DNA of 64,000 nucleotides from Bythopirellula sp. (lineage in GTDB: Bacteria > Planctomycetota > Planctomycetia > Pirellulales > Lacipirellulaceae), in assembly GCA_965216565.1 (NCBI GenBank), contig OZ244170.1:2272001-2336000 (forward strand). Direction: 5' to 3'. Below are positions 11,546 through 22,126 of this stretch, one piece after another; position 1 is the first letter of the stretch; each line of letters opens with the position of its first letter. The notes beneath the pieces are model-generated. The model was not told the origin of the DNA and ran no database searches. It saw only the letters and a program-made list of their open reading frames with translations. A program made the translations under genes and the position numbers.

Positions 11546-12607
11546 ATGCGATTACGACTATTCGTCGCGCTATCTTTGATCTTTCTCATCGCGGGCGAGA
11601 GCGCTTGGTCAGCGACGCCTACGCATCGGGTTCGGATGTATTTTAATCTGGGCACGGTCGATATCGATCTCTACGGAAACGAATCGCCACTGCATGTCGC
11701 CAACTTTCTCGAATACGTAAACAATCGTGCCTACGATCGCACACACATCCACCGCACCAACTGTTGCAATGGTGCCTTTACCTTCGTGCAGGGTGGAGAA
11801 TACTACGTTCCCGAGCCCGGTGAATTTCTGGATCAGAATACCGTCCAAAGCACGGGCCCGGTCGTCAATGAATTCGACCCAAACAATGGACTCAGCAATA
11901 CGCCAGGCACATTGGCCGCTGCAAGAACCACCGATCCCGATAGCGCAGATAACGGTTGGTTTATCAATGCCACCGACAATGCCGCCGCATTCGACCCAGG
12001 GCCGTACACGGTCTATGGACAAGTAACAAGCGGCCTGGAAATTATCCAGCTCATTCCCACACTGCCTAAATCTGGGGGCCTCCAAGGGACGCCATTTTCG
12101 ACATTGCCTGTCTATGAAGGATGGTTCGTTTATCTGCACCAAGTCGTGGAAAGATCACTTGTCGATGGCGACTACGATCAGAACGGAGTGGCCGGCTCTG
12201 CTGATCTCGCTCTTTGGGAAAAAGATTACGGGAGGCTATCTCTAGAGGGCCCCGACTTCAACAATGACCTGCAGGTCGGATCAGGAGACCTTTCGAATTG
12301 GGAAGCTGGCTACGGCAATTACAACGGTGTGAGCACTCTAGCCCATTTCGAAGATGGAGATGCGAACCGGGACCGAGTCGTTGACGGGCTGGATTTTCTT
12401 GAGTGGCAACAACGATCTGGAACTACCAGAAACGTCTCTGCCGATGGTGATGGAGATGGACTTGTCACAGGCCTCGATTTTCTGTTGTGGCAGCAGGGGC
12501 AATCGGCATCGGGTCCCCCCGCTCTCAACAGCGTCCCCGAGCCATCGACTCTATTCCTGCTGACTCTGGGACTGATGGCCTGGCGACCTTGTAGATCGCG
12601 GACCTAG
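11546..12607 (+). CDS. cyclophilin-type PPIase with dockerin-like repeats and PEP-CTERM sorting signal
   Basis: signal peptide; [49 protein letters not shown] repeats; VPEPST plus TM segment and basic tail. Confidence 0.8.
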   Translation: MRLRLFVALSLIFLIAGESAWSATPTHRVRMYFNLGTVDIDLYGNESPLHVANFLEYVNNRAYDRTHIHRTNCCNGAFTFVQGGEYYVPEPGEFLDQNTVQSTGPVVNEFDPNNGLSNTPGTLAAARTTDPDSADNGWFINATDNAAAFDPGPYTVYGQVTSGLEIIQLIPTLPKSGGLQGTPFSTLPVYEGWFVYLHQVVERSLVDGDYDQNGVAGSADLALWEKDYGRLSLEGPDFNNDLQVGSGDLSNWEAGYGNYNGVSTLAHFEDGDANRDRVVDGLDFLEWQQRSGTTRNVSADGDGDGLVTGLDFLLWQQGQSASGPPALNSVPEPSTLFLLTLGLMAWRPCRSRT

Positions 12608-12704
12608 AGTATTGCAATTCTATGTGATCCGGGCGCTGACGCTTGCGGCTGGCCCAATTTCCGACCTATCGGCGCGCACAGCGCGATTGCTCATAATAGA
12701 GCGT

Positions 12705-13559
12705 ATGGACTCCGAGCTTTCTCCACCACCAACCGCCCAGGTCGTCAACATCGCGGCCTACAAGTTCGCCACGCTCACGGATTTACCCGCGCGACGCGAA
12801 TCGCTGCGCGAGCTATGCTTCGAGCTGGAGCTCAAAGGGACGATACTCTTGAGCCCTGAGGGCATTAACCTCTTTTTGGCTGGTCGTCGAGAAGCGACTA
12901 ACCAACTGCTGCGTCAACTCACTGCCGACCCGGAGATTGGCCCACTCGAAGTCAAAGAGAGTTTTAGCGATCATCAACCTTTCAGCCGGATGTTGGTTCG
13001 GCTGAAGCAGGAGATTATCGCCTTTGGTGTGGAAGGCATCGCTCCGGCCCAGCAAACTGCCCCCAAACTTTCGGCGCAGGAGCTTAAGCAATGGCTGGAC
13101 GAAGGACGATCGGTGAAGCTGCTGGATGTCCGTAACGATTACGAGGTGGACCTCGGTTCGTTTGCCGGTGCCGAAGCGATTGGTGTGGATCATTTCCGCA
13201 ACTTTCCAGCTGCCGCGCAACAGCTTCCTGAGGACCTCAAGGACGAAACGATTGTGATGTTCTGCACGGGCGGTATTCGCTGCGAGAAAGCAGGGCCCTA
13301 TATGGAGCGGCTCGGTTTTCAGAAAGTGCTGCAACTGGAAGGCGGAATCCTCAAATATTTTGAGGAGTGTGGTCAAGAACACTACGAGGGCGAGTGCTTT
13401 GTGTTCGACAAACGAGTAGCCCTAGATGGCAATCTAGAGGAAACCGACACAGCGCTCTGCTTTGCCTGCCAAAGCACGTTAACGCTCGAAGAGCAACAAT
13501 CGCCTCACTACATCCCCGGCGACAGTTGCCCTTATTGTTACCAGGCGATTGGTGATTAG
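12705..13559 (+). CDS. rhodanese-related TrhO/YceA family protein
   Basis: [43 protein letters not shown]. Confidence 0.85.
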   Translation: MDSELSPPPTAQVVNIAAYKFATLTDLPARRESLRELCFELELKGTILLSPEGINLFLAGRREATNQLLRQLTADPEIGPLEVKESFSDHQPFSRMLVRLKQEIIAFGVEGIAPAQQTAPKLSAQELKQWLDEGRSVKLLDVRNDYEVDLGSFAGAEAIGVDHFRNFPAAAQQLPEDLKDETIVMFCTGGIRCEKAGPYMERLGFQKVLQLEGGILKYFEECGQEHYEGECFVFDKRVALDGNLEETDTALCFACQSTLTLEEQQSPHYIPGDSCPYCYQAIGD

Positions 13560-13735
13560 CTGTCCATCTCTAGCTTTTCGCCTCCTAGCATCACATCCCC
13601 ATTGGTCATTCGGCGCTTGGTCATTGGTGAATTTGATCTCTCCGACTGCTAGTGTCAAAATTCTGGCGAGCGATTATACTGCCGCTCATCCAGCCTTATC
13701 TATTCCGACAACTAGCTAGTTTGCAAGTGAACTCT

Positions 13736-15166
13736 ATGAGCACCGACACGCCAACTGCCTCCTCCGGCAAGCCCTATCTCACATCGCCCGTCCCTTCGGA
13801 AAAAATGCCCGGAGGGATTCCGTACATCGTGGGAAACGAGGTAGCCGAACGCTTTAGCTTTTACGGCATGCGCGCTATTCTAGCTATTTTTCTGACCGAC
13901 TATCTACTCAACGCCTCAGGCGAACATGCTGGCTTGGACGAAACCAAGGCCGCCGAGCTGCAGCATCATTTCGTGGCTGCCGTCTATTTTGTCCCCATCC
14001 TGGGCGCGATACTGAGCGATTGGTTACTGGGAAAATACCACACGATTCTCTGGCTCTCGCTGTTTTACTGCGCGGGACATGCCGTCATGGCGCTGGTCGA
14101 TTTTCCGTTATTAACAGGTATCAGCCCGTATACATTGCTGATCGTTGCGCTGACACTCATTGCGCTCGGTGCGGGAGGCATCAAGCCGTGCGTCTCGGCC
14201 CATGTGGGCGACCAATTTGGGACGAAGAACCAACACCTGCTCTCGAAAGTTTATGGGTGGTTTTACTTTGCCATTAATCTTGGCTCGACTGTCTCCACAT
14301 TGCTCACACCTTGGCTCCTGAAAAACTATGGCCCTGGCTTGGCTTTTGGCGTGCCGGGCGTCTTGATGGCGATAGCCACCTTTGTGTTCTGGCTGGGCCG
14401 GCACAAGTTTGTCCATGTTCCTGCTGGGGGCAATAAGTTCTTCTCCGAAACCTTTAGCCGCAATGGGCTCCGAGCCATCGGCAACCTTGCCCCACTGTAT
14501 CTGTTGCTTGCTCCCTTCTGGGCATTGTTCGATCAAACCCAGTCGACCTGGGTCTATCAGGCAAAGGAGTTGGATTGTGTGGTGCTCGGCTACGAGATTC
14601 TGCCGTCCCAAATTCAGGCGGCTAACCCAATTCTTGTGATGATCTTGATACCTCTGTTCTCTTACTTAATCTATCCAGCGATCGATTCCATTTGGAAATT
14701 AACACCGCTCAGGAAAATTGGCCTGGGATTGGCCATCACCGCCCCCGCCTTTGCCATCGTGGCATGGACGCAAATGCGCATTGATGATGGCGAAACTCCC
14801 CATCTTGTTTGGCAGTTGTTGGCCTACGTGGTAATGACCGCTGCTGAAGTGATGGTCTCTATCACCGCGCTGGAGTTCTCTTACACCCAGGCCCCTAAGA
14901 AGATGAAATCTTTTATCATGGGCGTCTACTTCCTCTCCATCACACTCGGCAATGAGTTCATTTCTTTGGTGAACTCCTACAAAAGCAGCCAGGAAGAACA
15001 GGGCAACAACGTTCTCGAAGGTGCCAGCTATTTCTGGTTCTTCACTTGGGCGATGGTCATTACGACTGCGATCTATTTGGTCTGGTCGCAGTTCTATCGC
15101 GGCCAAACTTTCATCCAAGGTGACGAGAAATTAGAAGCAGAATCGCAGGCCGAAGGCACCGAATAG
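13736..15166 (+). CDS. POT/PTR family proton-dependent oligopeptide transporter
   Basis: [29 protein letters not shown]. Confidence 0.9.
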   Translation: MSTDTPTASSGKPYLTSPVPSEKMPGGIPYIVGNEVAERFSFYGMRAILAIFLTDYLLNASGEHAGLDETKAAELQHHFVAAVYFVPILGAILSDWLLGKYHTILWLSLFYCAGHAVMALVDFPLLTGISPYTLLIVALTLIALGAGGIKPCVSAHVGDQFGTKNQHLLSKVYGWFYFAINLGSTVSTLLTPWLLKNYGPGLAFGVPGVLMAIATFVFWLGRHKFVHVPAGGNKFFSETFSRNGLRAIGNLAPLYLLLAPFWALFDQTQSTWVYQAKELDCVVLGYEILPSQIQAANPILVMILIPLFSYLIYPAIDSIWKLTPLRKIGLGLAITAPAFAIVAWTQMRIDDGETPHLVWQLLAYVVMTAAEVMVSITALEFSYTQAPKKMKSFIMGVYFLSITLGNEFISLVNSYKSSQEEQGNNVLEGASYFWFFTWAMVITTAIYLVWSQFYRGQTFIQGDEKLEAESQAEGTE

Positions 15167-15214
15167 AGCGGACGATTGCCTAGCACTTGTTTAAAAACCG
15201 AAAACAGTTTTATG

Positions 15215-15293
15215 TGAGCCGACGGCGCTAGCCGCGGGTAGTATCGGGGCAACCTCGAAATCGAAGGTACCCGCGGCTAGCGCCGTCGGCTCA
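15215..15293. repeat. 79-bp REPIN/MITE-like hairpin element, copy 1
   Basis: perfect 26-bp inverted arms (15215-15240 and 15268-15293) around a 27-bp spacer. Confidence 0.85.
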
Positions 15294-15358
15294 TTAGGAC
15301 TTTTAGCCTATCCCTGATCCCCCTCCTTCGTTTTTCAGGGAAGGGCGGCTTTTGACTG

Positions 15359-16498
15359 CTAAGCCAGCACGCCTTCTAGCGGTCGCAGATTCCGGCCGTA
15401 CTCGATGGGGGCTTGGCCCTCCGCTTCGCGGTTAGGCTCAAACAAGTGTACGTCCCCGGGCGACACTTCGGCGACCACTCGTTTACCTTCTTCCAACACC
15501 TCCGCCTCCGTTCGGCAAACCAGTCGTTGTCCCGAATCGGTGTTTAGAAACACGTCCATCGTGCTGCCCAACGGCTCGGTGACTTGGACCGTAGCGGGAA
15601 TGCCGTGCTGCGTGTTGGCGTCGACTAACCGGATCGATTCAGGTCGAATCCCCGCCACCACCGGTCGGCGTGATTCCCCTTGCAGCCATTCGACGGGGGC
15701 ATCGACTCGCACCCGGGCGTCTTCTCCCACGAACCACATTTGATCGTCCGCGTGTTCCAACGTGCCATCGAAAAAGTTCATCGGCGGCATGCCTAAGAAT
15801 CCTGCCACAAACAAGTCGGACGGGTGCTGATAGGTTTCCAGTGGCGAAGCCGCCTGCCGAAGCAGACCGTCGCACATCACCACGACGCGGTCGCCCAAGG
15901 TCATTGCTTCCTCTTGGTCGTGAGTGACGTAGATTGTGGTGGTCTTAAGTTGACGGTGCAGCCGTTTAATTTCGGCCCGCGTCTGGACTCGTAATTTAGC
16001 GTCGAGATTCGAGAGCGGCTCGTCAAACAAAAATACAGCAGGTTGCCGCACGATCGCACGCCCCAAGGCGACCCGCTGACGCTGCCCGCCGGAAAGTGCT
16101 TTCGGCTTCCGCTGCAGCAACGCTTCCAAACCCAACAGTCCCGCCGCCCACTGCACCCGCTCAGCAATTTCGGCTTTGGGCGTTTTCCGCATGCGCAAAG
16201 CGAACGACATGTTATCGTAAACAGTCATGTGCGGATAAAGCGCGTAATTCTGAAACACCATCGCAATGTCGCGGTCGCGTGGATGGACATCGTTGACTAC
16301 GCGGTCGCCAATTTTGAGCGTTCCGGAGGAAATGGTTTCCAGCCCCGCCACCATCCGCAGCGTGGTGCTCTTGCCGCAACCGGACGGCCCGACCAACACC
16401 AGAAACTCGCCATCTTCGATTTCCAGGTTGAAATCATTCACGGCGTACACGTCGCCGGGATAAACCTTGGAGATGTGCTCAAGCGTCACCGATGCCAT
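15359..16498 (-). CDS. MalK/UgpC-type sugar ABC transporter ATP-binding protein
   Basis: GPSGCGKST, QNYALYPHM, LSGGQRQR, DEPLSNLD, YVTHDQEEAM; TOBE-like C-terminus. Confidence 0.92.
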   Translation of the reverse strand: MASVTLEHISKVYPGDVYAVNDFNLEIEDGEFLVLVGPSGCGKSTTLRMVAGLETISSGTLKIGDRVVNDVHPRDRDIAMVFQNYALYPHMTVYDNMSFALRMRKTPKAEIAERVQWAAGLLGLEALLQRKPKALSGGQRQRVALGRAIVRQPAVFLFDEPLSNLDAKLRVQTRAEIKRLHRQLKTTTIYVTHDQEEAMTLGDRVVVMCDGLLRQAASPLETYQHPSDLFVAGFLGMPPMNFFDGTLEHADDQMWFVGEDARVRVDAPVEWLQGESRRPVVAGIRPESIRLVDANTQHGIPATVQVTEPLGSTMDVFLNTDSGQRLVCRTEAEVLEEGKRVVAEVSPGDVHLFEPNREAEGQAPIEYGRNLRPLEGVLA

Positions 16499-16686
16499 CT
16501 GAATTTCCCTAGGGTGAGAGGGTAGGGGCCAAGTTGAATTCGAAGCCCGGCCGATGGTGGTGGGCTTTCGATCAGGTCTCAAAAATTATACCATCTATTA
16601 GCTCCCATTTCTGCTGCTCGCGTTTGCAAAACTTGAGTCACGATTAAAACAACAAGGCCTAGTCTTCGATTCATTCAGTTTACCCT

Positions 16687-16765
16687 TGAGCCGACGGCGC
16701 TAGCCGCGGGTAGTATCGGGGCAACCTCGAAATCGAAGGTACCCGCGACTAGCGCCGTCGGCTCA
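16687..16765. repeat. 79-bp REPIN/MITE-like hairpin element, copy 2
   Basis: identical to 15215-15293 except one base, same orientation. Confidence 0.85.
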
Positions 16766-16816
16766 CGATTATTAACGCAAAGACTGGTGGCTCCCTTAGA
16801 GACCAGAAAAACTACA

Positions 16817-17401
16817 ATGTCACAACAAAAATCGAGCAAACTTGATCCTGCCGAGTGGCTCGACGTGCACGGCGATTATCTCTTCGCCTACGCCATGCGA
16901 CGTATGCACGACGCAGAGGGAGCCGAAGAGGTGGTGCAGGAAACCTTTGTAGCGGGTCTGCGAGCCCAGGAACAATACGCCGGCACTGGCAACGAACGGG
17001 CCTGGCTGCTGGGTATCTTGAAGCGAAAAATTATCGATGTTTATCGCGCCCGGCAAAGACAGACGGCCCTGGCCGACGATTCGGAAACGGGCGACCCGTC
17101 GACTCTGCTATTCGACCAACGCGGGCATTGGCGGAGCGATACCCGACTTTTAGGCGCTGTTACCCAAGACTCGTTGCAAAGCGGTGAATTCTGGGAGGCG
17201 TTTAAGAACTGCCTCTCCAACCTGCCCCCCAAGCAAGCCGCTGTTTTTGCGATGCGTGAAATCGACGATGTCAAATCAGAGAAAATCTGTAAGGAATTGG
17301 AGATCTCCTCGTCGAACCTGTGGGTCTTGCTGCATCGTGCCCGATTAGGGCTAGCCAAATGCTTGGGGACGCGCTGGAATCCTGAGGGAACGTCCCCATG
17401 A
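16817..17401 (+). CDS. ECF RNA polymerase sigma factor
   Basis: AEEVVQETF, AWLLGILKRKIID, region 4 ICKELEISSSNLWVLLHRAR. Confidence 0.9.
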   Translation: MSQQKSSKLDPAEWLDVHGDYLFAYAMRRMHDAEGAEEVVQETFVAGLRAQEQYAGTGNERAWLLGILKRKIIDVYRARQRQTALADDSETGDPSTLLFDQRGHWRSDTRLLGAVTQDSLQSGEFWEAFKNCLSNLPPKQAAVFAMREIDDVKSEKICKELEISSSNLWVLLHRARLGLAKCLGTRWNPEGTSP

Positions 17402-17655
17402 TGATCAATTGCAACAAAGCGACGAAACTGGTTTCCGAAAGCCAGGAACGGCCGCTGACATTCGGTGAACGATTTTCGCTGAAATTTCATCTACTGATGT
17501 GCAGCATCTGCGCGCAGTTCCAAAAAACCGTCGAGCTTCTCGGCCTCCAGGCAAGCGAATACGGCACGGAGGAACTTGACGCCGACGATTCTGCATGTCT
17601 TTCTGACGATGCCAAACAGCGAATCCAGCGGGCGCTCGAAGACTCTCAAGGCTAA
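17398..17655 (+). CDS. zf-HC2 putative anti-sigma factor
   Basis: N-terminal Cys plus HLLMCSIC (HxxxCxxC); ATGA overlap with the sigma gene. Confidence 0.85.
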   Translation: MMINCNKATKLVSESQERPLTFGERFSLKFHLLMCSICAQFQKTVELLGLQASEYGTEELDADDSACLSDDAKQRIQRALEDSQG

Positions 17656-17836
17656 GTGTGAACTAACACACGTATCCGAGCGGCAGATTCCTAGCGTGTT
17701 CTCAAGATTGGGGTGTAAGGATACGCCCGCGACTGCGACACTTTGGCAGCGAAAGGAACTAACGTTCCAAGAGTGGCTCGACAGAAGATATTCTCAGTGC
17801 CACCGACTAAGATATTTGAAACGTTGGAAGCAAAAA

Positions 17837-18613
17837 ATGAGCGAAGACCACGACACCACCGAAGATGCGGGCCAAGACCAACAGAAAGGTCTCTCATTCA
17901 AAACCAAGCTGGCGGTTCTCGTAGCCCTAGCCGCGGTGGTTGGAGGGTTGTATTGGAAATTCGGCGGCACGCTTTCACTCGACTATCTGGCAACGAAGGA
18001 AGAGCAACTCAAACAGTTTCAGGTCGAGCGGCCAATCTTGGTCTATGGCATCGCCTTTGCTATCTACGTAACAATCACCGGCTTGTCACTACCCGGAGCA
18101 ACGGCACTAACCTTGCTCGTGGGTTGGTATTTCGGGTTCCTGCGCGGACTGGTGCTTGTCAGTTTTGCCTCCACGCTGGGTGCGACGCTCGCTTTTTTAA
18201 TGAGTCGCTACTTTTTTCGTGACGCGATTCAAACCAAATTCAAGGATCGGCTGACAACTTTTAATGAAGCCCTCGAAAAAGATGGGGCGTTCTATCTGTT
18301 CACTTTACGATTAATTCCGTTAGTGCCATTCTTTGTGATCAACGCAGTGATGGGACTCACGCCTATTCGAGTCTGGACATACTGGTGGGTCAGCCAAGTT
18401 GGCATGCTCGCCGGCACGATGGTCTATGTGTACGCCGGCTCAAGTGTTCCCGACTTGATGACCCTTTCCGAAGAAGGCATTCGCGCAGTTTTTTCGCCTC
18501 AGCGACTTAAACACATCTTCATCGCGTTCGGATTACTAGGGATATTCCCATTGGTGATCAAATTTGTAATGAAACAGTTCGCCCCCAAATCCATTGAACT
18601 CGACAACGAGTAA
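17837..18613 (+). CDS. TVP38/TMEM64 (DedA/VTT) family membrane protein
   Basis: LSLPGA, GATLAF...RY, LRLIPLVPF. Confidence 0.85.
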   Translation: MSEDHDTTEDAGQDQQKGLSFKTKLAVLVALAAVVGGLYWKFGGTLSLDYLATKEEQLKQFQVERPILVYGIAFAIYVTITGLSLPGATALTLLVGWYFGFLRGLVLVSFASTLGATLAFLMSRYFFRDAIQTKFKDRLTTFNEALEKDGAFYLFTLRLIPLVPFFVINAVMGLTPIRVWTYWWVSQVGMLAGTMVYVYAGSSVPDLMTLSEEGIRAVFSPQRLKHIFIAFGLLGIFPLVIKFVMKQFAPKSIELDNE

Positions 18614-18626
18614 CGAGGAAGCACCC

Positions 18627-20150
18627 ATGTCGACACTTGCACCACTGCAACCGTTTGACGAACACAATCGCGAATTGGAAGCCAACGTCCATCCGCCAGA
18701 TTGGACGAATCCCAAGCCCTCGGGACGCTACAACCTGGTAGTGATTGGCGCTGGCACCGCGGGTTTGGTCGCTGCAGCAGGCGCCGCTGGCATGGGTGCG
18801 AAAGTTGCTCTGATCGAACGCGAACTTATGGGGGGCGACTGTCTCAACGTCGGTTGCGTGCCCTCCAAGGGACTGCTCAGCGCTGCGCGGGTAGCGCGTT
18901 CGGTACGTTATGCCGATGACTTTGGTGTCCACGTGAAAGACGGATTTTCCGTCGACTTCCCGCAAGTGATGGAACGGATGAGAAAATTACGTGCCGACAT
19001 CAGTCCGGCCGATTCCGCAAAGCGATTTCGGAATCTGGGGGTAGATGTATTCCTGGGGCAGGGCACTTTCACTGGCTCCAATTCCATCCAGGTGGGCGAT
19101 CAAACGCTGGATTTTAAACGTGCCGTCATCGCCACCGGTGCTCGAGCCCAGGCTCCACCCATCCCCGGTCTCGAAGAGATAGATTATCTGACGAACGAAA
19201 CGATCTTCTCACTCACCCAGCTCCCTCAGCGTCTCGGCATTATCGGAGCCGGTCCGATTGGCTGCGAGATGGCGCAAGCGTTTGCCCACTTCGGCTCAGA
19301 AGTGTTTCTCATCGAGGCCACTCACGGAATCATGCCACGCGAGGACCAAGAGGCGGCAAACATCGTCAAGGAATCGATGATTCGCGATGGCGTAAAACTT
19401 CTTTGCTGCGGCAAAGAGACAAAACTGATTCCGGCAGACGATGGACGCGTGCGGCTGACACTTACTTCGCACGACCAACATTACGACGAAGTCGTCGACA
19501 AACTGCTGGTCGCCGTAGGCCGGGCCCCGAACGTCGATAATCTCGGCCTAGACACCGTCGGCGTTGCCTATGATTCTCGCGAAGGCGTCCAGGTGAACGA
19601 TCGCTTGCAAACCACCAACCCGAACATTTACGCAGCCGGAGACATTTGCTCGCCCTACAAGTTCACGCACGCCGCAGACTTTATGGCTCGAATCGTGATT
19701 CAAAACGCACTGTTCTTTGGGCGTGCCAAATCGAGCAGTTTGATAATCCCCTGGGCAACCTACACTTCGCCGGAACTCGCCCACGTGGGCGTCACGCCAC
19801 AAGAGGCCGAGGACCAGGGACTGGCAATCGACACCTATACGCAAGATCTGGCGCACGTCGACCGAGCGATTCTCGAAGGCGAAACCGAAGGCTTCGTTCG
19901 CGTTCATACGAAGCAAGGCTCAGAAGAAATCGTGGGCGCCACCATCGTTGCTACCAATGCGGGCGACATGATCGGCGAGATTTCTCTGGCCATGACGCAC
20001 GGCTTGGGCCTGGGGAAAATTGCTTCTGCGATTCACCCCTATCCAACCCAGGCCGAGGCGATACGCAAGTTGGGCGATCAGTATAACAAGACGCGGCTCA
20101 CACCACTGGTCAAGGGATTGTCGGAAAAATGGCTCTCCTGGACGCGATAA
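18627..20150 (+). CDS. flavoprotein disulfide reductase (MerA/LpdA-like, no C-terminal Cys pair)
   Basis: GAGTAG, GGDCLNVGCVPSK, GAGPIG, AAGD, IHPYPT. Confidence 0.85.
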   Translation: MSTLAPLQPFDEHNRELEANVHPPDWTNPKPSGRYNLVVIGAGTAGLVAAAGAAGMGAKVALIERELMGGDCLNVGCVPSKGLLSAARVARSVRYADDFGVHVKDGFSVDFPQVMERMRKLRADISPADSAKRFRNLGVDVFLGQGTFTGSNSIQVGDQTLDFKRAVIATGARAQAPPIPGLEEIDYLTNETIFSLTQLPQRLGIIGAGPIGCEMAQAFAHFGSEVFLIEATHGIMPREDQEAANIVKESMIRDGVKLLCCGKETKLIPADDGRVRLTLTSHDQHYDEVVDKLLVAVGRAPNVDNLGLDTVGVAYDSREGVQVNDRLQTTNPNIYAAGDICSPYKFTHAADFMARIVIQNALFFGRAKSSSLIIPWATYTSPELAHVGVTPQEAEDQGLAIDTYTQDLAHVDRAILEGETEGFVRVHTKQGSEEIVGATIVATNAGDMIGEISLAMTHGLGLGKIASAIHPYPTQAEAIRKLGDQYNKTRLTPLVKGLSEKWLSWTR

Positions 20151-20231
20151 CGGTCTCTATGTGCCGAATTGTCGCAGTGCCCTTGGCGAACAACGCCCTA
20201 CGCGTTTCAATGTGTACGTAAGGAGTACCCC

Positions 20232-21872
20232 ATGAAAGCATCCGATCTATTTGTCGCGGCACTGGAACAAGAAGAAGTTGAGTACATTTTTGGAATCCCT
20301 GGGGAAGAGAATCTCGATCTGCTCGATTCGCTTTCGGATTCGAAGATCAAGCTCATTCTCACACGTCACGAACAAGCTGCCGGTTTTATGGCGGCCACGT
20401 ATGGACGTCTCACCGGCAAAGCGGGCGTCTGTCTTTCGACCCTGGGGCCCGGTGCAACCAATCTGGTGACCGCAGCCGCCTATGCCCAACTCGGGGGCAT
20501 GCCGATGCTGATGATCACAGGGCAAAAGCCAATCAAGAGCAGCAAGCAGGGTCAGTTTCAAATTGTCGAGATCGTCGACATGATGCACCCGCTCACAAAG
20601 TATACGCACCAAATCGTCAGCGGCTCGAACATCCCCTGGCGTGTGCGCGAAGCGATGCGACTAGCTGAGGAAGAACGCCCCGGTGCCACGCACCTGGAAT
20701 TACCTGAAGACATTGCGCAAGAAGAAACAGACGAACATCCCCAGGAACCCAGCTATGCGCGCCGCCCAACCGCCGAAGCAAAATCGATACGCGCAGCCGT
20801 GGAGAAGATTCACGCCGCGAAGCATCCACTGTTAGTTGTCGGTGCCGCTGCCAATCGGCGTCTTACTTGTCGCATGTTGCGCCGATTTGTCGAAGAAACT
20901 GGCATCCCGTTTGTCACCACGCAAATGGGTAAGGGCGTTGTCAACGAAGACGATCCACGCTTCCTGGGAACCGCCGCACTTTCAGACGGCGACTTTGTCC
21001 ATCGTGCCCTCGATCAGGCAGATCTGATTATCAATGTCGGTCACGATGTGATCGAAAAGCCGCCGTTCTTCATGCATCAAAACGGCAGAGAAGTTATCCA
21101 CATCAACTTTTTTTCAGCTGAGGTCGATCCCGTCTACTTCCCCCAAATTGAGGTGATCGGCGATATCGCGAACAGCATTTGGCAGCTGACAGAGGGAATC
21201 ACTCCGCAGGATAGCTGGGATTTTTCGTACTTCAACAAGGTCCGCGAGGCGGGCGAAGCGCATTTGCAAGTGGGCACCGACGACGATCGCTTTCCCGTCT
21301 ACCCGCAGCGGCTCGTGGCTGACGTTCGCCAGGTGATGCCCGGCAAAGGGATCATTGCGCTAGATAATGGCGTCTACAAGATTTGGTTTGCCCGTAATTA
21401 CAAGGCATTCTCCCCCAACACAGTTCTGCTCGACAATGCTCTGGCAACGATGGGCGCTGGTTTGCCGTCGGCCATGGCAGCGCGGCTCGTGCATCCCGAC
21501 CGCAAAGTGATGGCTATTTGCGGGGACGGAGGATTCATGATGAATTCTCAAGAACTAGAGACTGCTGTGCGGCTCGAGATGGATCTCGTCGTACTCATCC
21601 TCCGCGACGATGCCTATGGCATGATCAAATGGAAGCAGTCTCACATGGGCTTCGAAAACTATGGGCTGGATTACGGCAATCCCGACTTCGTCAAATACGC
21701 CGAGAGCTACGGCGCCCACGGACATCGGGTTGAGTCTGCCGCTGACTTAGTTCCCAAACTGGAAGAATGCCATAGCACGCCCGGAGTCCATGTGGTTGAC
21801 TTGCCGGTAGACTACTCCGAAAACGACCGCATCCTGAATCACGAAATCCAAAAACTAAGCGCTGCTATATGA
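20232..21872 (+). CDS. acetolactate synthase large subunit-like ThDP enzyme
   Basis: FGIPGEEN, RHEQAA, GPGATN, GDGGFMMN. Confidence 0.88.
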   Translation: MKASDLFVAALEQEEVEYIFGIPGEENLDLLDSLSDSKIKLILTRHEQAAGFMAATYGRLTGKAGVCLSTLGPGATNLVTAAAYAQLGGMPMLMITGQKPIKSSKQGQFQIVEIVDMMHPLTKYTHQIVSGSNIPWRVREAMRLAEEERPGATHLELPEDIAQEETDEHPQEPSYARRPTAEAKSIRAAVEKIHAAKHPLLVVGAAANRRLTCRMLRRFVEETGIPFVTTQMGKGVVNEDDPRFLGTAALSDGDFVHRALDQADLIINVGHDVIEKPPFFMHQNGREVIHINFFSAEVDPVYFPQIEVIGDIANSIWQLTEGITPQDSWDFSYFNKVREAGEAHLQVGTDDDRFPVYPQRLVADVRQVMPGKGIIALDNGVYKIWFARNYKAFSPNTVLLDNALATMGAGLPSAMAARLVHPDRKVMAICGDGGFMMNSQELETAVRLEMDLVVLILRDDAYGMIKWKQSHMGFENYGLDYGNPDFVKYAESYGAHGHRVESAADLVPKLEECHSTPGVHVVDLPVDYSENDRILNHEIQKLSAAI

Positions 21873-21935
21873 GGCGTGAAGCTTGCCATGCAAGCCATCG
21901 AAACGCTACGCAGCATTCGCATCGTTCACAGGTTA

Positions 21936-22093
21936 TTTGAACAGGAGGGAACAGAGAAAACGGAGATAATTGGTGAGTCTTTTACTTCTTTCAACGAGAC
22001 GACCGTGATCGGATCGTGATGGATGTTTGATATAGGTAGCAAGAAACTTCCCGATTCCCTATTCTCCGTTTCCTCTGTTCCCTCCTGTTCAAA
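21936..22093. repeat. 31-bp inverted repeat pair (TTTGAACAGGAGGGAACAGAG..AACGGAGA) with 96-bp spacer
   Basis: 21936-21966 vs 22063-22093: 30/31 reverse-complementary. Confidence 0.8.
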
Positions 22094-22126
22094 ACAAAAA
22101 ACGAAAATTGCCCCGGGAGCGAGACA

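Noticed and set aside
18627..20150. merA / mercury resistance call
   Set aside because: No C-terminal Cys pair, no NmerA domain and no mer operon genes.
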